This document shows positions 30,618 to 41,126 of a stretch of DNA of 64,000 bases, in pieces (position 1 is the stretch's first letter; each line of letters starts with the position of its first letter). The stretch is from an uncultured Actinomycetota bacterium (GTDB lineage: Bacteria; Actinomycetota; Actinomycetes; JACCUZ01), in the NCBI GenBank assembly GCA_963839955.1, contig CAWIXB010000001.1, positions 469,629-533,628 of the forward strand. Direction: 5' to 3'. Under the pieces are notes generated by a model, which saw only the letters and a program-made list of their open reading frames with translations, had not been told where the DNA came from and searched no databases. The position numbers were made by a program, and so were the translations under genes.

Positions 30618-31569
30618 CGCGGGTGCGTCCGTCCTGCTCGCGGGGCTGGTCGCGTCCGGCGACCCGTCGATCGTGCTCCGGCTGCAGGACCCGGCCCTGA
30701 CCGAGTCGAGTGGGCTCACCGTGTCGCAGCGACACCCCGGTGTGCTGTGGACGCACGCCGACGGCGGTGACGCGGCCACGGTGGTCGCCGTCAACCGACG
30801 AGGGCGCAGTGTGGCGACCGTTCGCCTGCGCGGCATCGATCCTTACGATCCTGAAGCCCTCGCCCCCGGCCGCGACGGCAAGGGCAGACCAGCGTTGTTC
30901 CTCGGTGATCTCGGTGACAACCGGGTGCGCCGTCCTGATGTCTCGGTGTTCCGCTTCACTGAGCCGGCGCGGTTGCGCGACCAGACGGTCGACGCCACCT
31001 GGTGGCAGTTCACCTACCCCGACGGGCCGCGGGACGCCGAGGCGTTGCTCGTCGACCCGCGCGACGACCGGATCTACATCGCCACCAAGGACGTCTTCGG
31101 CGGCCGGCTCTACCGCGCGCCGCTTCACCCCAGGACCGACCGCACCAACCGACTCACCCGCATCGGCAAGGTGCCGCCGTTGATCACCGACGGGGCCTTC
31201 CTCCGTGACGGGCGGATGGTGCTGCGCTCCTACAGCACCGCCTACCTCTACGACCGCAACCGTGAGCTGGTCGCGCGCGAGCTCCTGCCCGAGCAACCAC
31301 AGGGCGAGTCGCTGGCCGTCGACGGCGACCGGCTGCTGGTGGGCAGCGAGGGCCGGCGCAGTGCGGTGTACGCCGTGCGGCTGCCCGTCTCCGACGAGTC
31401 ACCCTCGTCGTCGCCCTCGCCCGAGTCCTCCGAGAGTCGCGCCGCGCCGCCCAGCAACAACAACGAAAACGCGCCGGAGCGGGACCGCCCGGCCGCGTCA
31501 CGACTCGCGCTCTTCGTCGGCGTCCCCGTGTTGTTGGCCGTCTGCGCGCTGGTTCTCAGACGGAGTCGC

Positions 31570-31581
<12 letters not shown>
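30601..31581 (+). CDS. Exported beta-propeller-like protein with C-terminal membrane anchor, function unknown
   Basis: Hydrophobic N-terminus, ESSGL, GDLGDN, YPDGPRDAEALLVDP, ITDG, QGES repeats, Ser/Pro linker, TM helix and basic tail. Confidence 0.65.
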
Positions 31582-33863
<2,282 letters not shown>

Positions 33864-34958
33864 TCACTGCCAGCCTGCGACCTCCGACGGCTGGCGAGGA
33901 CCATGGCCGATGTAGCGCGCCGCCGGCCGGATGAGCCGCCCGGTGCGCTTCTGCTCGAGGATGTGCGCCGCCCAGCCCGCCGTGCGCGCGCAGGTGAACA
34001 TGGGGGTGAACATGTGCGGCGGCACCTCGGCGAAGTCGAGCACCACAGCCGCCCAGAACTCGACGTTCGTCGCGAGCACTCGGTCTGGCCGGCGGGCGCC
34101 GAGCTCGTCGAGCGCGGCCTTCTCCAGCGCGGCGGCCGCTTCCCACCGCGGCGCGCCCAGCTCCTCCGCCGTACGTCGGAGCACCCGCGCGCGCGGGTCC
34201 TCCGCCCGGTAGACGCGGTGGCCGAAGCCCATCAGCCGCTCGCCGCGGTCGAGCACGCCCTTGACGTACGCCGACGCGTCACCGGTCTCCTCGATCGCGT
34301 CGAGCATGTGCAGCACACGCGACGGAGCGCCGCCGTGCAGCGGACCTGACATCGCGCCCACCGCTCCCGACAGGCACGCCGCGACGTCGGCGCCGGTGGA
34401 GGCGATGACCCTGGCCGTGAACGTCGACGCATTCATGCCGTGCTCCGCTGCCGACGTCCAGTAGGCGTCGACGGCCTGCACGTGCCGGGGGTCGGGCTCG
34501 CCGCGCCACCGGATCATGAAGCGCTCGACGACGGTGCGCGCCTTGTCGATCTCGGCCTGCGGCACCATCGGCAGTCCGATGCCGCGGGCCGACTGGGCGA
34601 CGAACGACAAGGCCATGACCGACGCCCGGGCCAGGTTGTCGCGCGCCTCCTCCTCGTCGATGTCGAGCAGCTGCCGGAAGCCCCACGCCGGCGCGAGCAT
34701 CGCGAGGGCGCTCTGCACGTCGACGCGCACGTCGCCGGAGTGCACGGGCAACGGGAAAGGCTCGGCCGGCGGCAGCCCGGGATTGAATCGGTCGTCGACG
34801 AGCAGTCCCCACACGTTGCCGAACGACACCTGCCCCACCAGGTCCTCGATGTCGACGCCGCGATAGCGAAGCGCGCCACCCTCGCGGTCGGGCTCCGCGA
34901 TCTCGCTCTCGAAGGCAACGACTCCCTCGAGGCCGGGCTTGAAGTCGGGGTCACTCAC
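33864..34958 (-). CDS. citA: Citrate synthase 2
   Basis: PGLEGV, AEHGMNASTF, GPLHGGA, LMGFGHRVY, DPRA, TNVEFW. Confidence 0.92.
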   Translation of the reverse strand: MSDPDFKPGLEGVVAFESEIAEPDREGGALRYRGVDIEDLVGQVSFGNVWGLLVDDRFNPGLPPAEPFPLPVHSGDVRVDVQSALAMLAPAWGFRQLLDIDEEEARDNLARASVMALSFVAQSARGIGLPMVPQAEIDKARTVVERFMIRWRGEPDPRHVQAVDAYWTSAAEHGMNASTFTARVIASTGADVAACLSGAVGAMSGPLHGGAPSRVLHMLDAIEETGDASAYVKGVLDRGERLMGFGHRVYRAEDPRARVLRRTAEELGAPRWEAAAALEKAALDELGARRPDRVLATNVEFWAAVVLDFAEVPPHMFTPMFTCARTAGWAAHILEQKRTGRLIRPAARYIGHGPRQPSEVAGWQ

Positions 34959-35065
34959 GCTGGCTCCCTCGTCGGGCGGCACGGCGTCATGCCGTCGTGC
35001 GCATTCTCACCCTTGCCGGCGCACCCTGTCGCCCCGGGCTCCTGTCGCGCGTGCCAGAGTGAGAC

Positions 35066-35728
35066 GTGCCCGAGTCCGAGCCGCAGCCCTCTCATGACGT
35101 GGCCGCGATGCGCCGTGCCTACAGCGCGCGCGGTCTCGACGTACGCGACTTGGCCGGCGACCCGCTCACGCAGTTCGGCCGATGGTTCTCCGACGTGGTC
35201 ACGGCCGACCTGGCCGAGCCGAACGCCATGGTCCTGGCCACCGCCTCCGCCGACGGCCCGAGCGCGCGGATCGTGCTGCTCAAGGGCTACGACGCGAACG
35301 GCTTCGTCTTCTACACCAACCTCGGATCGGCCAAGGCGCGCGACCTCGCTGCCGACTCCCGGGCCGCCCTGCTGTTCCCCTGGCACGCGCTGGCCCGCCA
35401 GGTGCGGGTGAGCGGACCCGTCGAGGCCGTCGACCGCGACGCGGTGACGCGCTACTTCGGGTCGCGGCCGCGCGAGTCGCAGTTCGGGGCCTGGGCGAGT
35501 CCGCAGTCGGAGATGGTCGCCGACCGGGAGGCTCTCGACGCCCGCTACCAGGCGGTCGAGGCTCGCTTCGCGACCGCCGACGTGGTGCCGGCGCCGGACT
35601 TCTGGGGCGGCTACCGGGTCCGTCCCGAGACCGTGGAGTTCTGGCAGGGCCGGGAGAGGCGGATGCACGACCGGCTGCGCTACCGCCGCGCGGGCGAGGA
35701 CTGGGTCGTGGAGCGGCTGGCTCCCTGA
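35066..35728 (+). CDS. pdxH: Pyridoxamine 5'-phosphate oxidase
   Basis: EPNAMVLAT, RIVLLKG, FYTN, RQVRV, EFWQGR-RRMHDRLRY, RLAP. Confidence 0.95.
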   Translation: MPESEPQPSHDVAAMRRAYSARGLDVRDLAGDPLTQFGRWFSDVVTADLAEPNAMVLATASADGPSARIVLLKGYDANGFVFYTNLGSAKARDLAADSRAALLFPWHALARQVRVSGPVEAVDRDAVTRYFGSRPRESQFGAWASPQSEMVADREALDARYQAVEARFATADVVPAPDFWGGYRVRPETVEFWQGRERRMHDRLRYRRAGEDWVVERLAP

Positions 35729-35978
35729 TCGCGGAGCGATCCAAAGGGGGACTGATCGCGGAGCGATCCAAAGGGGGACTGATCGCGGAGCGATCCAAAG
35801 GGGGACTGATCGCGGAGCGATCCAAAGGGGGACTGATCGCGGAGCGATCCAAAGGGGGACTGATCGCGGAGCGATCCAAAGGGGGACTGATCGCGGAGCG
35901 ATCCAAAGGGGGACTGATCGCGGAGCGATCCAAAGGGGGACTGATCGCGGAGCGATCCAAAGGGGGGCTGATCCAAAG
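35725..35978. repeat. Tandem array: 9 x 27-bp CTGATCGCGGAGCGATCCAAAGGGGGA plus a degenerate partial unit
   Basis: Units start at 35725, 35752 ... 35941. The ninth ends in G instead of A; partial CTGATCCAAAGG at 35968. Each unit holds the palindrome GATCGC-GGA-GCGATC. No spacers. Confidence 0.95.
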
Positions 35979-36004
35979 GAGGGGCTGCGCCCGGCCTCGG
36001 GCAG

Positions 36005-36186
36005 CAGACGACCCGCGGGCATCGAACGTGCGAGGGGACGTTTCCTCGCGGCCCGCGGGTCGGGTGACTGCCTGGGACTTGCCGGCCGCCTTGGGCCGGT
36101 TCGCTCCGGGGTCCGGCGGCTAGCTGGCAGCCACCTCACGCGTCCTAGAAGTACTCAAATTCTCGGACCACCTCCCTTCCGTGTAC
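36005..36186 (-). ncRNA. Putative structured small RNA / leader RNA carrying a short ORF
   Basis: Upstream TTGTGC-N18-TACGGT promoter. Stem GGTGGCTGCC/GGCAGTCACC and 12-bp terminal stem CGACCCGCGGGC/GCCCGCGGGTCG enclosing an inner hairpin. Confidence 0.6.
36120..36158 (-). CDS. Putative 12-aa peptide MSTSRTREVAAS
   Basis: Very strong SD AAGGGAGGTG about 10 nt before TTG 36158; TAG at 36122-36120. Confidence 0.45.
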   Translation of the reverse strand: MSTSRTREVAAS

Positions 36187-36191
36187 CGCAA

Positions 36192-36221
36192 ACCGTACGT
36201 CGCGGATCACGGCTGGCACAA
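36192..36221 (-). promoter_or_regulatory. Sigma-A-type promoter for the putative small RNA
   Basis: -35 TTGTGC (36221-36216), 18-nt spacer, -10 TACGGT (36197-36192). Confidence 0.5.
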
Positions 36222-36241
36222 CGTCTATTCGACACCGAGGG

Positions 36242-36964
36242 CTAGACGGAGACCGAGATCCAGGTTGCCTCGGCGCGGCCGACCACGCGGCCGTCACCGT
36301 CGTACACCGTGCTCGTGGTGAACGTCTTGCGGCCCTGCTCGCCGAGCCAGCGCCCCAGTACGACGCAGCGGTCACCGACCATGAGACCGGCGGCCACCTC
36401 GGCCGTCATCCGACCGAGCACCATCGGCCGGCCGGTGAGGTCGGCCGACCAGCCGCCGGGGCAGTCGAGGGCCGCCCACACCATCTCGGGAGGCACGAAC
36501 CCGTGGGTGCCGGCCACCGAGTCGTCGGGCACCCACGTGGTGGCCACGGTGTTCATCCGGTCGGCGAGCCGCCCCGGCCGCAACCCCAGTCCGTCGGGGG
36601 CGGGACGTTCCGGGCCGCACACGAAACACCGTGGGAACGGGTGGTCGACGAGTCCGGGGTAGACGTGCATCCTCTCCGCGGCGGTGTCGAAGGGCACCGG
36701 CTCGATGGGCTCGCAGGCCAGGGTGCCGGTGTGCGCCTCGGCGATCACCGCGCCGCCGAAGGTGAGCGAGACCGTGTCGTCTGTCGGCCGTACGACGAGC
36801 AGTCGGGAGTCCAGCGGCGGCGGCTGCCGGAGGGTCACCTCGACCGGCATGGGCCTTCCGTCGAGGTTTGCGGCGAGACGCCCTGCCACGTAGCCGCCGT
36901 TGCCACTGCCCGACGGCCCGCAGAAGCGGCCGGCGATGGTGAGGGAGGGCTGTGGTCCGGACAT
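36242..36964 (-). CDS. Double hotdog-fold / thioesterase-like protein
   Basis: RFCGPSGSGNGGY, VTLRQPPPLD, HPFPRCFVCG, WAALDCPGGW, MVLGRM. Confidence 0.7.
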   Translation of the reverse strand: MSGPQPSLTIAGRFCGPSGSGNGGYVAGRLAANLDGRPMPVEVTLRQPPPLDSRLLVVRPTDDTVSLTFGGAVIAEAHTGTLACEPIEPVPFDTAAERMHVYPGLVDHPFPRCFVCGPERPAPDGLGLRPGRLADRMNTVATTWVPDDSVAGTHGFVPPEMVWAALDCPGGWSADLTGRPMVLGRMTAEVAAGLMVGDRCVVLGRWLGEQGRKTFTTSTVYDGDGRVVGRAEATWISVSV

Positions 36965-36974
36965 GGCGACCGGC

Positions 36975-37628
36975 CTAGCGCGCCGACGTCCGCTCGAGTG
37001 CGCCAGCCGCGACCCGAAGGTCCGCCACCAGCCCGACGTACGCCACGTCGCGGTTGTCGGCGCGCAGCACCGCTGACGGGTGGATCGTCGCCATGATCCA
37101 CCGGGCGTGCTCGCCGGCCTCGGCGTCGGGGGCGCGGCCCGGGGGGTTCGGGAACAGTTCGCCGCGCTGGCGGGTGACGCGGAAGGACGGGCCGAGCAGG
37201 GCCTTGGCCGCCGTCGCCCCGAGGCAGACCAGGACGTCGGGGGACAGCAGGGCCAGCTCGGCGGTCAGCCATGGGCGGCAGGCTTCCACGTGCGCGAGGT
37301 CCGGCGTCTGGTGGATGCGCCGCTTGCCCGGCCCGGACTGGCTGAAGCGGAAGTGCTTGACGACGTTGGTGCGGTAGACGGTGTCGCGCGGGATGCCGGC
37401 CTCGTCCAGGGCCTGGACGAGCAGTCGGCCGGCCGGGCCGACGAACGGCTTGCCTTGCAGGTCCTCCTGGTCGCCCGGCTGCTCACCGACCAGGACCACC
37501 TTCGAGTCGGGGGAACCCGCGGAGAAGACGGTCTGGGTGGTGCCCCGGTGCAGCTCGCAGGCCTGACAGTCCTTGGCAGCCGCACGCAGCTGGTCGAGGT
37601 CGGCGCCGACGGGGACTGGAGCGGTCAT
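36975..37628 (-). CDS. udgX: UdgX-family uracil-DNA binding protein (family-4 UDG-like, Fe-S)
   Basis: C-x2-C, GEQPG, PFVGPAG, TNVVKHF, R-loop GKRRIH (diagnostic of UdgX), HPSAVLR. Confidence 0.88.
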   Translation of the reverse strand: MTAPVPVGADLDQLRAAAKDCQACELHRGTTQTVFSAGSPDSKVVLVGEQPGDQEDLQGKPFVGPAGRLLVQALDEAGIPRDTVYRTNVVKHFRFSQSGPGKRRIHQTPDLAHVEACRPWLTAELALLSPDVLVCLGATAAKALLGPSFRVTRQRGELFPNPPGRAPDAEAGEHARWIMATIHPSAVLRADNRDVAYVGLVADLRVAAGALERTSAR

Positions 37629-37698
37629 GGCAGGTGCCTCCCGGGTGACCTGAGGGGCAAGACGGGGCAGCCTTGCATCGTTGCGCGACAATGGCATC

Positions 37699-38385
37699 GT
37701 GAGCGAGCTCATCGACACCACCGAGATGTACCTCCGCACGGTATTCGAGTTGGAGGAAGAGGGTGTGGTGCCCCTCAGAGCGCGCATCGCGGAGCGCCTC
37801 GGCCAGTCCGGCCCGACGGTCTCACAGACGGTCGCCCGCATGGAGCGCGACCGGCTACTCACCGTCGAAGGTGATCGCCACCTCGAGCTCACCGATCACG
37901 GCCGCTCGCTGGCGACCCGGGTGATGCGCAAGCACCGGCTCGCCGAGTGCCTGCTGGTCGACGTGATCGGCCTGGAGTGGGAGCTCGTCCATCCGGAAGC
38001 GTGCCGGTGGGAGCACGTCATGTCCGAGACGGTGGAGCGCCGGCTGCTCGAGGTGCTGGGGCACCCGACCGTCTCGCCGTACGGCAACCCGATCCCGGGC
38101 CTGGCCGAGCTCGGTGAGACGGCCGACGACAGCGTCTCCGACGGCAAGCTCGAGACCCTCGACCACCTGTCGCTCGACGGGGCGGCCCGGGTGGTGGTGC
38201 GACGGCTGGCCGAGCCTGCGCAGTCCGACACGGCCCTGATGTCGCGGCTCCGCCGGGCGGGCGTCCAGCCGGGTGCGTCGATCACCGTCGTCGCGACGGC
38301 CGACGGACTGCTCGTCGGCTCGGGCGGCGAGTCCACCGAGATCACCTCCGCGGTGGCGGCGCACGTGTTCGTGACCGCTGGTTGA
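37699..38385 (+). CDS. ideR: DtxR/IdeR-family metal-dependent repressor
   Basis: LIDTTEMYLRT, RARIAERLGQSGPTVSQTVARMERD, MRKHRLAE, EACRWEHVMS, SPYGNPIPGL; FeoA-like tail. Confidence 0.92.
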   Translation: MSELIDTTEMYLRTVFELEEEGVVPLRARIAERLGQSGPTVSQTVARMERDRLLTVEGDRHLELTDHGRSLATRVMRKHRLAECLLVDVIGLEWELVHPEACRWEHVMSETVERRLLEVLGHPTVSPYGNPIPGLAELGETADDSVSDGKLETLDHLSLDGAARVVVRRLAEPAQSDTALMSRLRRAGVQPGASITVVATADGLLVGSGGESTEITSAVAAHVFVTAG

Positions 38386-38442
38386 GCCGCGCCTTGCCGC
38401 CCTGACGCGACACGGTTGGCTGAGTCGCGGCTTCCTCCGGCG

Positions 38443-38548
38443 CGACAACAGGCGGGGCACTGCCTCAACAGGCCTCCCCGCCTCTTGAGGCAGTGCTGCG
38501 CCTACCTAACGTGGTCGACTCGCCCGGGTGGTGGTGGGTGGGGGGTTG
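38443..38548 (-). repeat. Dispersed palindromic (REP-like) element, copy 2 (inverted)
   Basis: Reverse complement reads CGAGTCGACCACGTTAGGTAGGCGCAGCACTGCCTCAAGAGG...CCTGTTGAGGCAGTGCCCCGCCTGTTG, matching 22730-22807. Confidence 0.8.
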
Positions 38549-38579
38549 AGCGTGCGGACACGCGGAGTTGCGCCCCCAG

Positions 38580-38609
38580 TTGAAATTCGTCCAGATCGTC
38601 CCGTAGTGT
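38580..38609 (+). promoter_or_regulatory. Promoter upstream of riboswitch
   Basis: TTGAAA-N18-TAGTGT, followed by hairpin GCGCCCCACAG-GAA-CTGTGGGGCGC. Confidence 0.5.
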
Positions 38610-38646
38610 GCACGGCGCCCCACAGGAACTGTGGGGCGCTCGCGTG

Positions 38647-38805
38647 GCCGCCTAGTCCTGCCCCGCGCGTGCAGCCGGTCGAGATCTCCGCACGGCAGGA
38701 GCGGGGGACCCACTTATGTGGGCCCCTTGGGGTCCTAGGGGTGAAGCCGCCCACCAGCGGCCGGGCATCTCCCGCCCGAACCCGACAGCTCACCCCGTAG
38801 GCGTG
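38647..38805 (+). promoter_or_regulatory. Cyclic di-AMP (ydaO/yuaA) riboswitch
   Basis: Conserved blocks GCAGGAGCGGGGGACCCA, GGGGTGAAGCC, GGCCGGGCA, CCCGAACCCGACAGCTCACC..GTAGGCG in the 5' UTR of a cell-wall hydrolase, the usual context in actinobacteria. Confidence 0.9.
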
Positions 38806-38818
38806 GGAGAGGACTCCT

Positions 38819-39616
38819 GTGTCCAAGCACCGTCGTCCGCGCCGTCTCGCGCGCGCCCGTCGTCCTGCCCACATCAGCATTGCCGCCGGCGTTGCCGGCA
38901 CCGTCGCCATCACCGGCACCGTTGTCGCCTCTGCCTCGTCCACAGTCGACGCCGCTCCCGTCGCGCACGCGGCCAAGAAGCTCAGCCCCGAGACTCTGCA
39001 GGCCATGGACATCGCGGCCCAGAGCGAGCAGGCCAACAACGACAAGAGGCTCGCCGCACTGCGCGAGGCCAAGGAGCTCGCCGCGCAGCGTCGGGCCGAG
39101 GCCCGCCGTGAGGCCGCCGAGCGCCGCAAGGCACGCCGCGAGGCCGCCGAGCGACGCGAAGCTCTCCGCAAGGCCGCCGAGGCACGGGCCGCCGCCGAGG
39201 CAGCCGAAGAGGCTCGCGAGAAGAAGGCCGCGTCGAGGGCGGCACGGTCCGACGGGCCGATGTCCGCGTCCGCGGCCAGCGTGCTTCAGATCGCCGCGGC
39301 ACAGGAGGGCGACTCCTACGTCTACGGCGCCTCCGGTCCCGACTCGTTCGACTGCTCCGGCTTCACGCAGTACGTCTTCGGCAAGGTCGGCATCTCGCTG
39401 CCCCACTCGTCCTCCGCGCAGTCCGCGCAGGTGACCCGGGTGTCCGACCCGCGTCCGGGCGACCTCGTGTTCGTCCACAACGGCGGCGGCGGAAGCGTCG
39501 GCCACGTGGCCATCTACGCCGGCAACGGCTACTGGTACGAGGCGTCCAACCCCAGCACGGGCGTCGGCAAGCACGCCGCCTGGTCGTCCAACGTCCACTA
39601 CGGCCGGGTGCTCTGA
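38819..39616 (+). CDS. Secreted NlpC/P60 (C40) peptidoglycan endopeptidase with coiled-coil linker
   Basis: SKHRRPRR N-terminus and hydrophobic signal, Ala/Glu/Arg coiled coil, YVYGASGPDSFDCSGF, PGDLVF, GHVAIYAG. Confidence 0.92.
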   Translation: MSKHRRPRRLARARRPAHISIAAGVAGTVAITGTVVASASSTVDAAPVAHAAKKLSPETLQAMDIAAQSEQANNDKRLAALREAKELAAQRRAEARREAAERRKARREAAERREALRKAAEARAAAEAAEEAREKKAASRAARSDGPMSASAASVLQIAAAQEGDSYVYGASGPDSFDCSGFTQYVFGKVGISLPHSSSAQSAQVTRVSDPRPGDLVFVHNGGGGSVGHVAIYAGNGYWYEASNPSTGVGKHAAWSSNVHYGRVL

Positions 39617-39637
39617 CCTGGTCGGCCACCTCAGGTC

Positions 39638-39706
39638 TGTGGGCTGATACCCCCCCGTCAGCCCACACCGGGACCCCGGAGCCATCCCCCCCGGCTCCGG
39701 GGTCCC
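39638..39706 (+). ncRNA. 6C-like RNA (two stem-loops, each with a C7 loop)
   Basis: TGTGGGCTGA-TACCCCCCCG-TCAGCCCACA, CC, GGGACCCCGGAGCC-ATCCCCCCC-GGCTCCGGGGTCCC. Confidence 0.7.
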
Positions 39707-39724
39707 CCCATGTCCGGGGCCCGG

Positions 39725-41032
39725 TCAGTGCCTTCGGTCCCGGCGTTTGCGTTCGATCACCTCGCGGATCGGCGGGACCACGATGCCCTGTGCCGCCATC
39801 CGCTGACGCGCCAGGCGGCGCGTGCGCACGACGCCGGTCACCCCCACCGCCCACATCAGGAACTGCACGGAGAGCGCGACGCGGAAGTCGTCCAGGCGGT
39901 AGCCCTCTCCGTCTCCTGATCGCAGGTCGAGCAGCACCCCGACGAGCAGCATGGTGACGAGCGAGGCCACGAAGCCGCCGACGTTGACGATCCCGGTGGC
40001 CGTGCCGAGCCGGTTCGGCGGGTTGAAGGTGCGCGCGAAGTCGAAGCCGATCATCGACCCGGGTCCGCTCAGCGCCAGGGTCATCACCAGCAGCGTGAGC
40101 AGCCAGAGCGGCGCGCGACCCGGCCAGCTCAGGACGACTACCCACGCGAGCACCGTCACGGCGACCACGCCGAGCACGAGCCACGACCTGCGCAGCGGGT
40201 GACGTGAGACGAGCACCCCGATCACCGGACCACTGATCACCCCGACGACGACCATCAGCGTCAGCAGCGAGCTCGCGGTGCCGCGCGAGAGGCCCTCTCC
40301 GGAGACGAGGAACGGGTAGCCCCACAGCAGCACGAAGACTGTCCCGGAGTACTGCGTCACGAAGTGGGTCCACATGCCGAGGCGCGTGCCCGGGTGTCGC
40401 CAGGCCGAGGCCAGGTCGTGGCCCACCTGTCGCAGCGTGGGTGGCGCGCCCGCCGCACCGGCACCGCGCGGCGAGTCGCGGACGCCGATCAGCGCCGCCA
40501 CCGCCACGACCGCACCGAGCGTCGCCGCCGAGATGAACGTCGTGGTCCAGCCGCTGGCGTGCAGCAGCGCGGTCAGTGGCACGGCACTGATCACCTGACC
40601 GAGCTGACCGGTCAGCCCCGTCACCTGGGTGATCACCGGGATCCGCGCCGCTGGGAACCACGCCGGCACGAGACGCAGCACGCTGATGAACGTCATGGCG
40701 TCGCCGGCACCGACGAGGATCCTCGCAAGCAGCGCTCCGGGAACGGAGGTCGTGACGGCGAGGAGCAGCTGTCCGGCCGCCATGACGACGGCGCCGAGGG
40801 CGATCAGGCGACGTGAGCCCCAGCGGTCGAGAAGCACGCCGACCGGCACCTGCAGCGCGGCGTACACGAACAGCTGGACGACCGCGAACGACGCGAGAAC
40901 GCTCGCCGAGGCGCCGAACCGGTCGGCGGTCTCCAGCCCGGTGACACCGAGGGACGTGCGGTGCACGACCGCCACGACGTACGCCGCGACGCCGGTGCCC
41001 CAGACGAGGTATGCGCGGCGCGAGGTGCCCAC
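39725..41032 (-). CDS. MFS transporter
   Basis: HRTSLGV, QLFVYAALQVPVGVLLDRWG, RILVGAGDA, LLWGYPFL, ATGIVNVGGF. Start approximate. Confidence 0.85.
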   Translation of the reverse strand: MGTSRRAYLVWGTGVAAYVVAVVHRTSLGVTGLETADRFGASASVLASFAVVQLFVYAALQVPVGVLLDRWGSRRLIALGAVVMAAGQLLLAVTTSVPGALLARILVGAGDAMTFISVLRLVPAWFPAARIPVITQVTGLTGQLGQVISAVPLTALLHASGWTTTFISAATLGAVVAVAALIGVRDSPRGAGAAGAPPTLRQVGHDLASAWRHPGTRLGMWTHFVTQYSGTVFVLLWGYPFLVSGEGLSRGTASSLLTLMVVVGVISGPVIGVLVSRHPLRRSWLVLGVVAVTVLAWVVVLSWPGRAPLWLLTLLVMTLALSGPGSMIGFDFARTFNPPNRLGTATGIVNVGGFVASLVTMLLVGVLLDLRSGDGEGYRLDDFRVALSVQFLMWAVGVTGVVRTRRLARQRMAAQGIVVPPIREVIERKRRDRRH

Positions 41033-41085
41033 GTGCACCCATCGTGCCCTGCCGCCGCGCCACGCAGGCGTGGGGGGATGACGAA

Positions 41086-41110
41086 GGGGGCCGGCTCTCG
41101 GCCGACCCCC
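41086..41110 (-). terminator. Hairpin just downstream of the beta-helix gene
   Basis: GGGGGCCGGC-TCTCG-GCCGACCCCC on the plus strand; the one mismatch is a G-U pair on the minus-strand RNA. Confidence 0.45.
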
Positions 41111-41126
41111 TCCGGACAACCGCGTC

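Noticed and set aside
35725-35978. CRISPR array
   Set aside because: The palindromic repeats are contiguous with no unique spacers, and there are no cas genes in the window.
34955-36139. Repeat-protein ORFs across the array (LIAERSKGG, PLWIAPRSV, ISPPLDRSA, DQSPFGSLR)
   Set aside because: A 27-bp unit keeps several frames open by arithmetic. These ORFs overlap pdxH or lack credible starts.
36120-36158. Type I toxin interpretation of the 12-aa ORF
   Set aside because: The peptide is too short and polar for a membrane toxin, and no antisense partner promoter was identified.
38524-38548. G-quadruplex in GGGTGGTGGTGGGTGGGGGG
   Set aside because: It lacks four separate G3 tracts and is better explained as the flank of the dispersed palindromic element.
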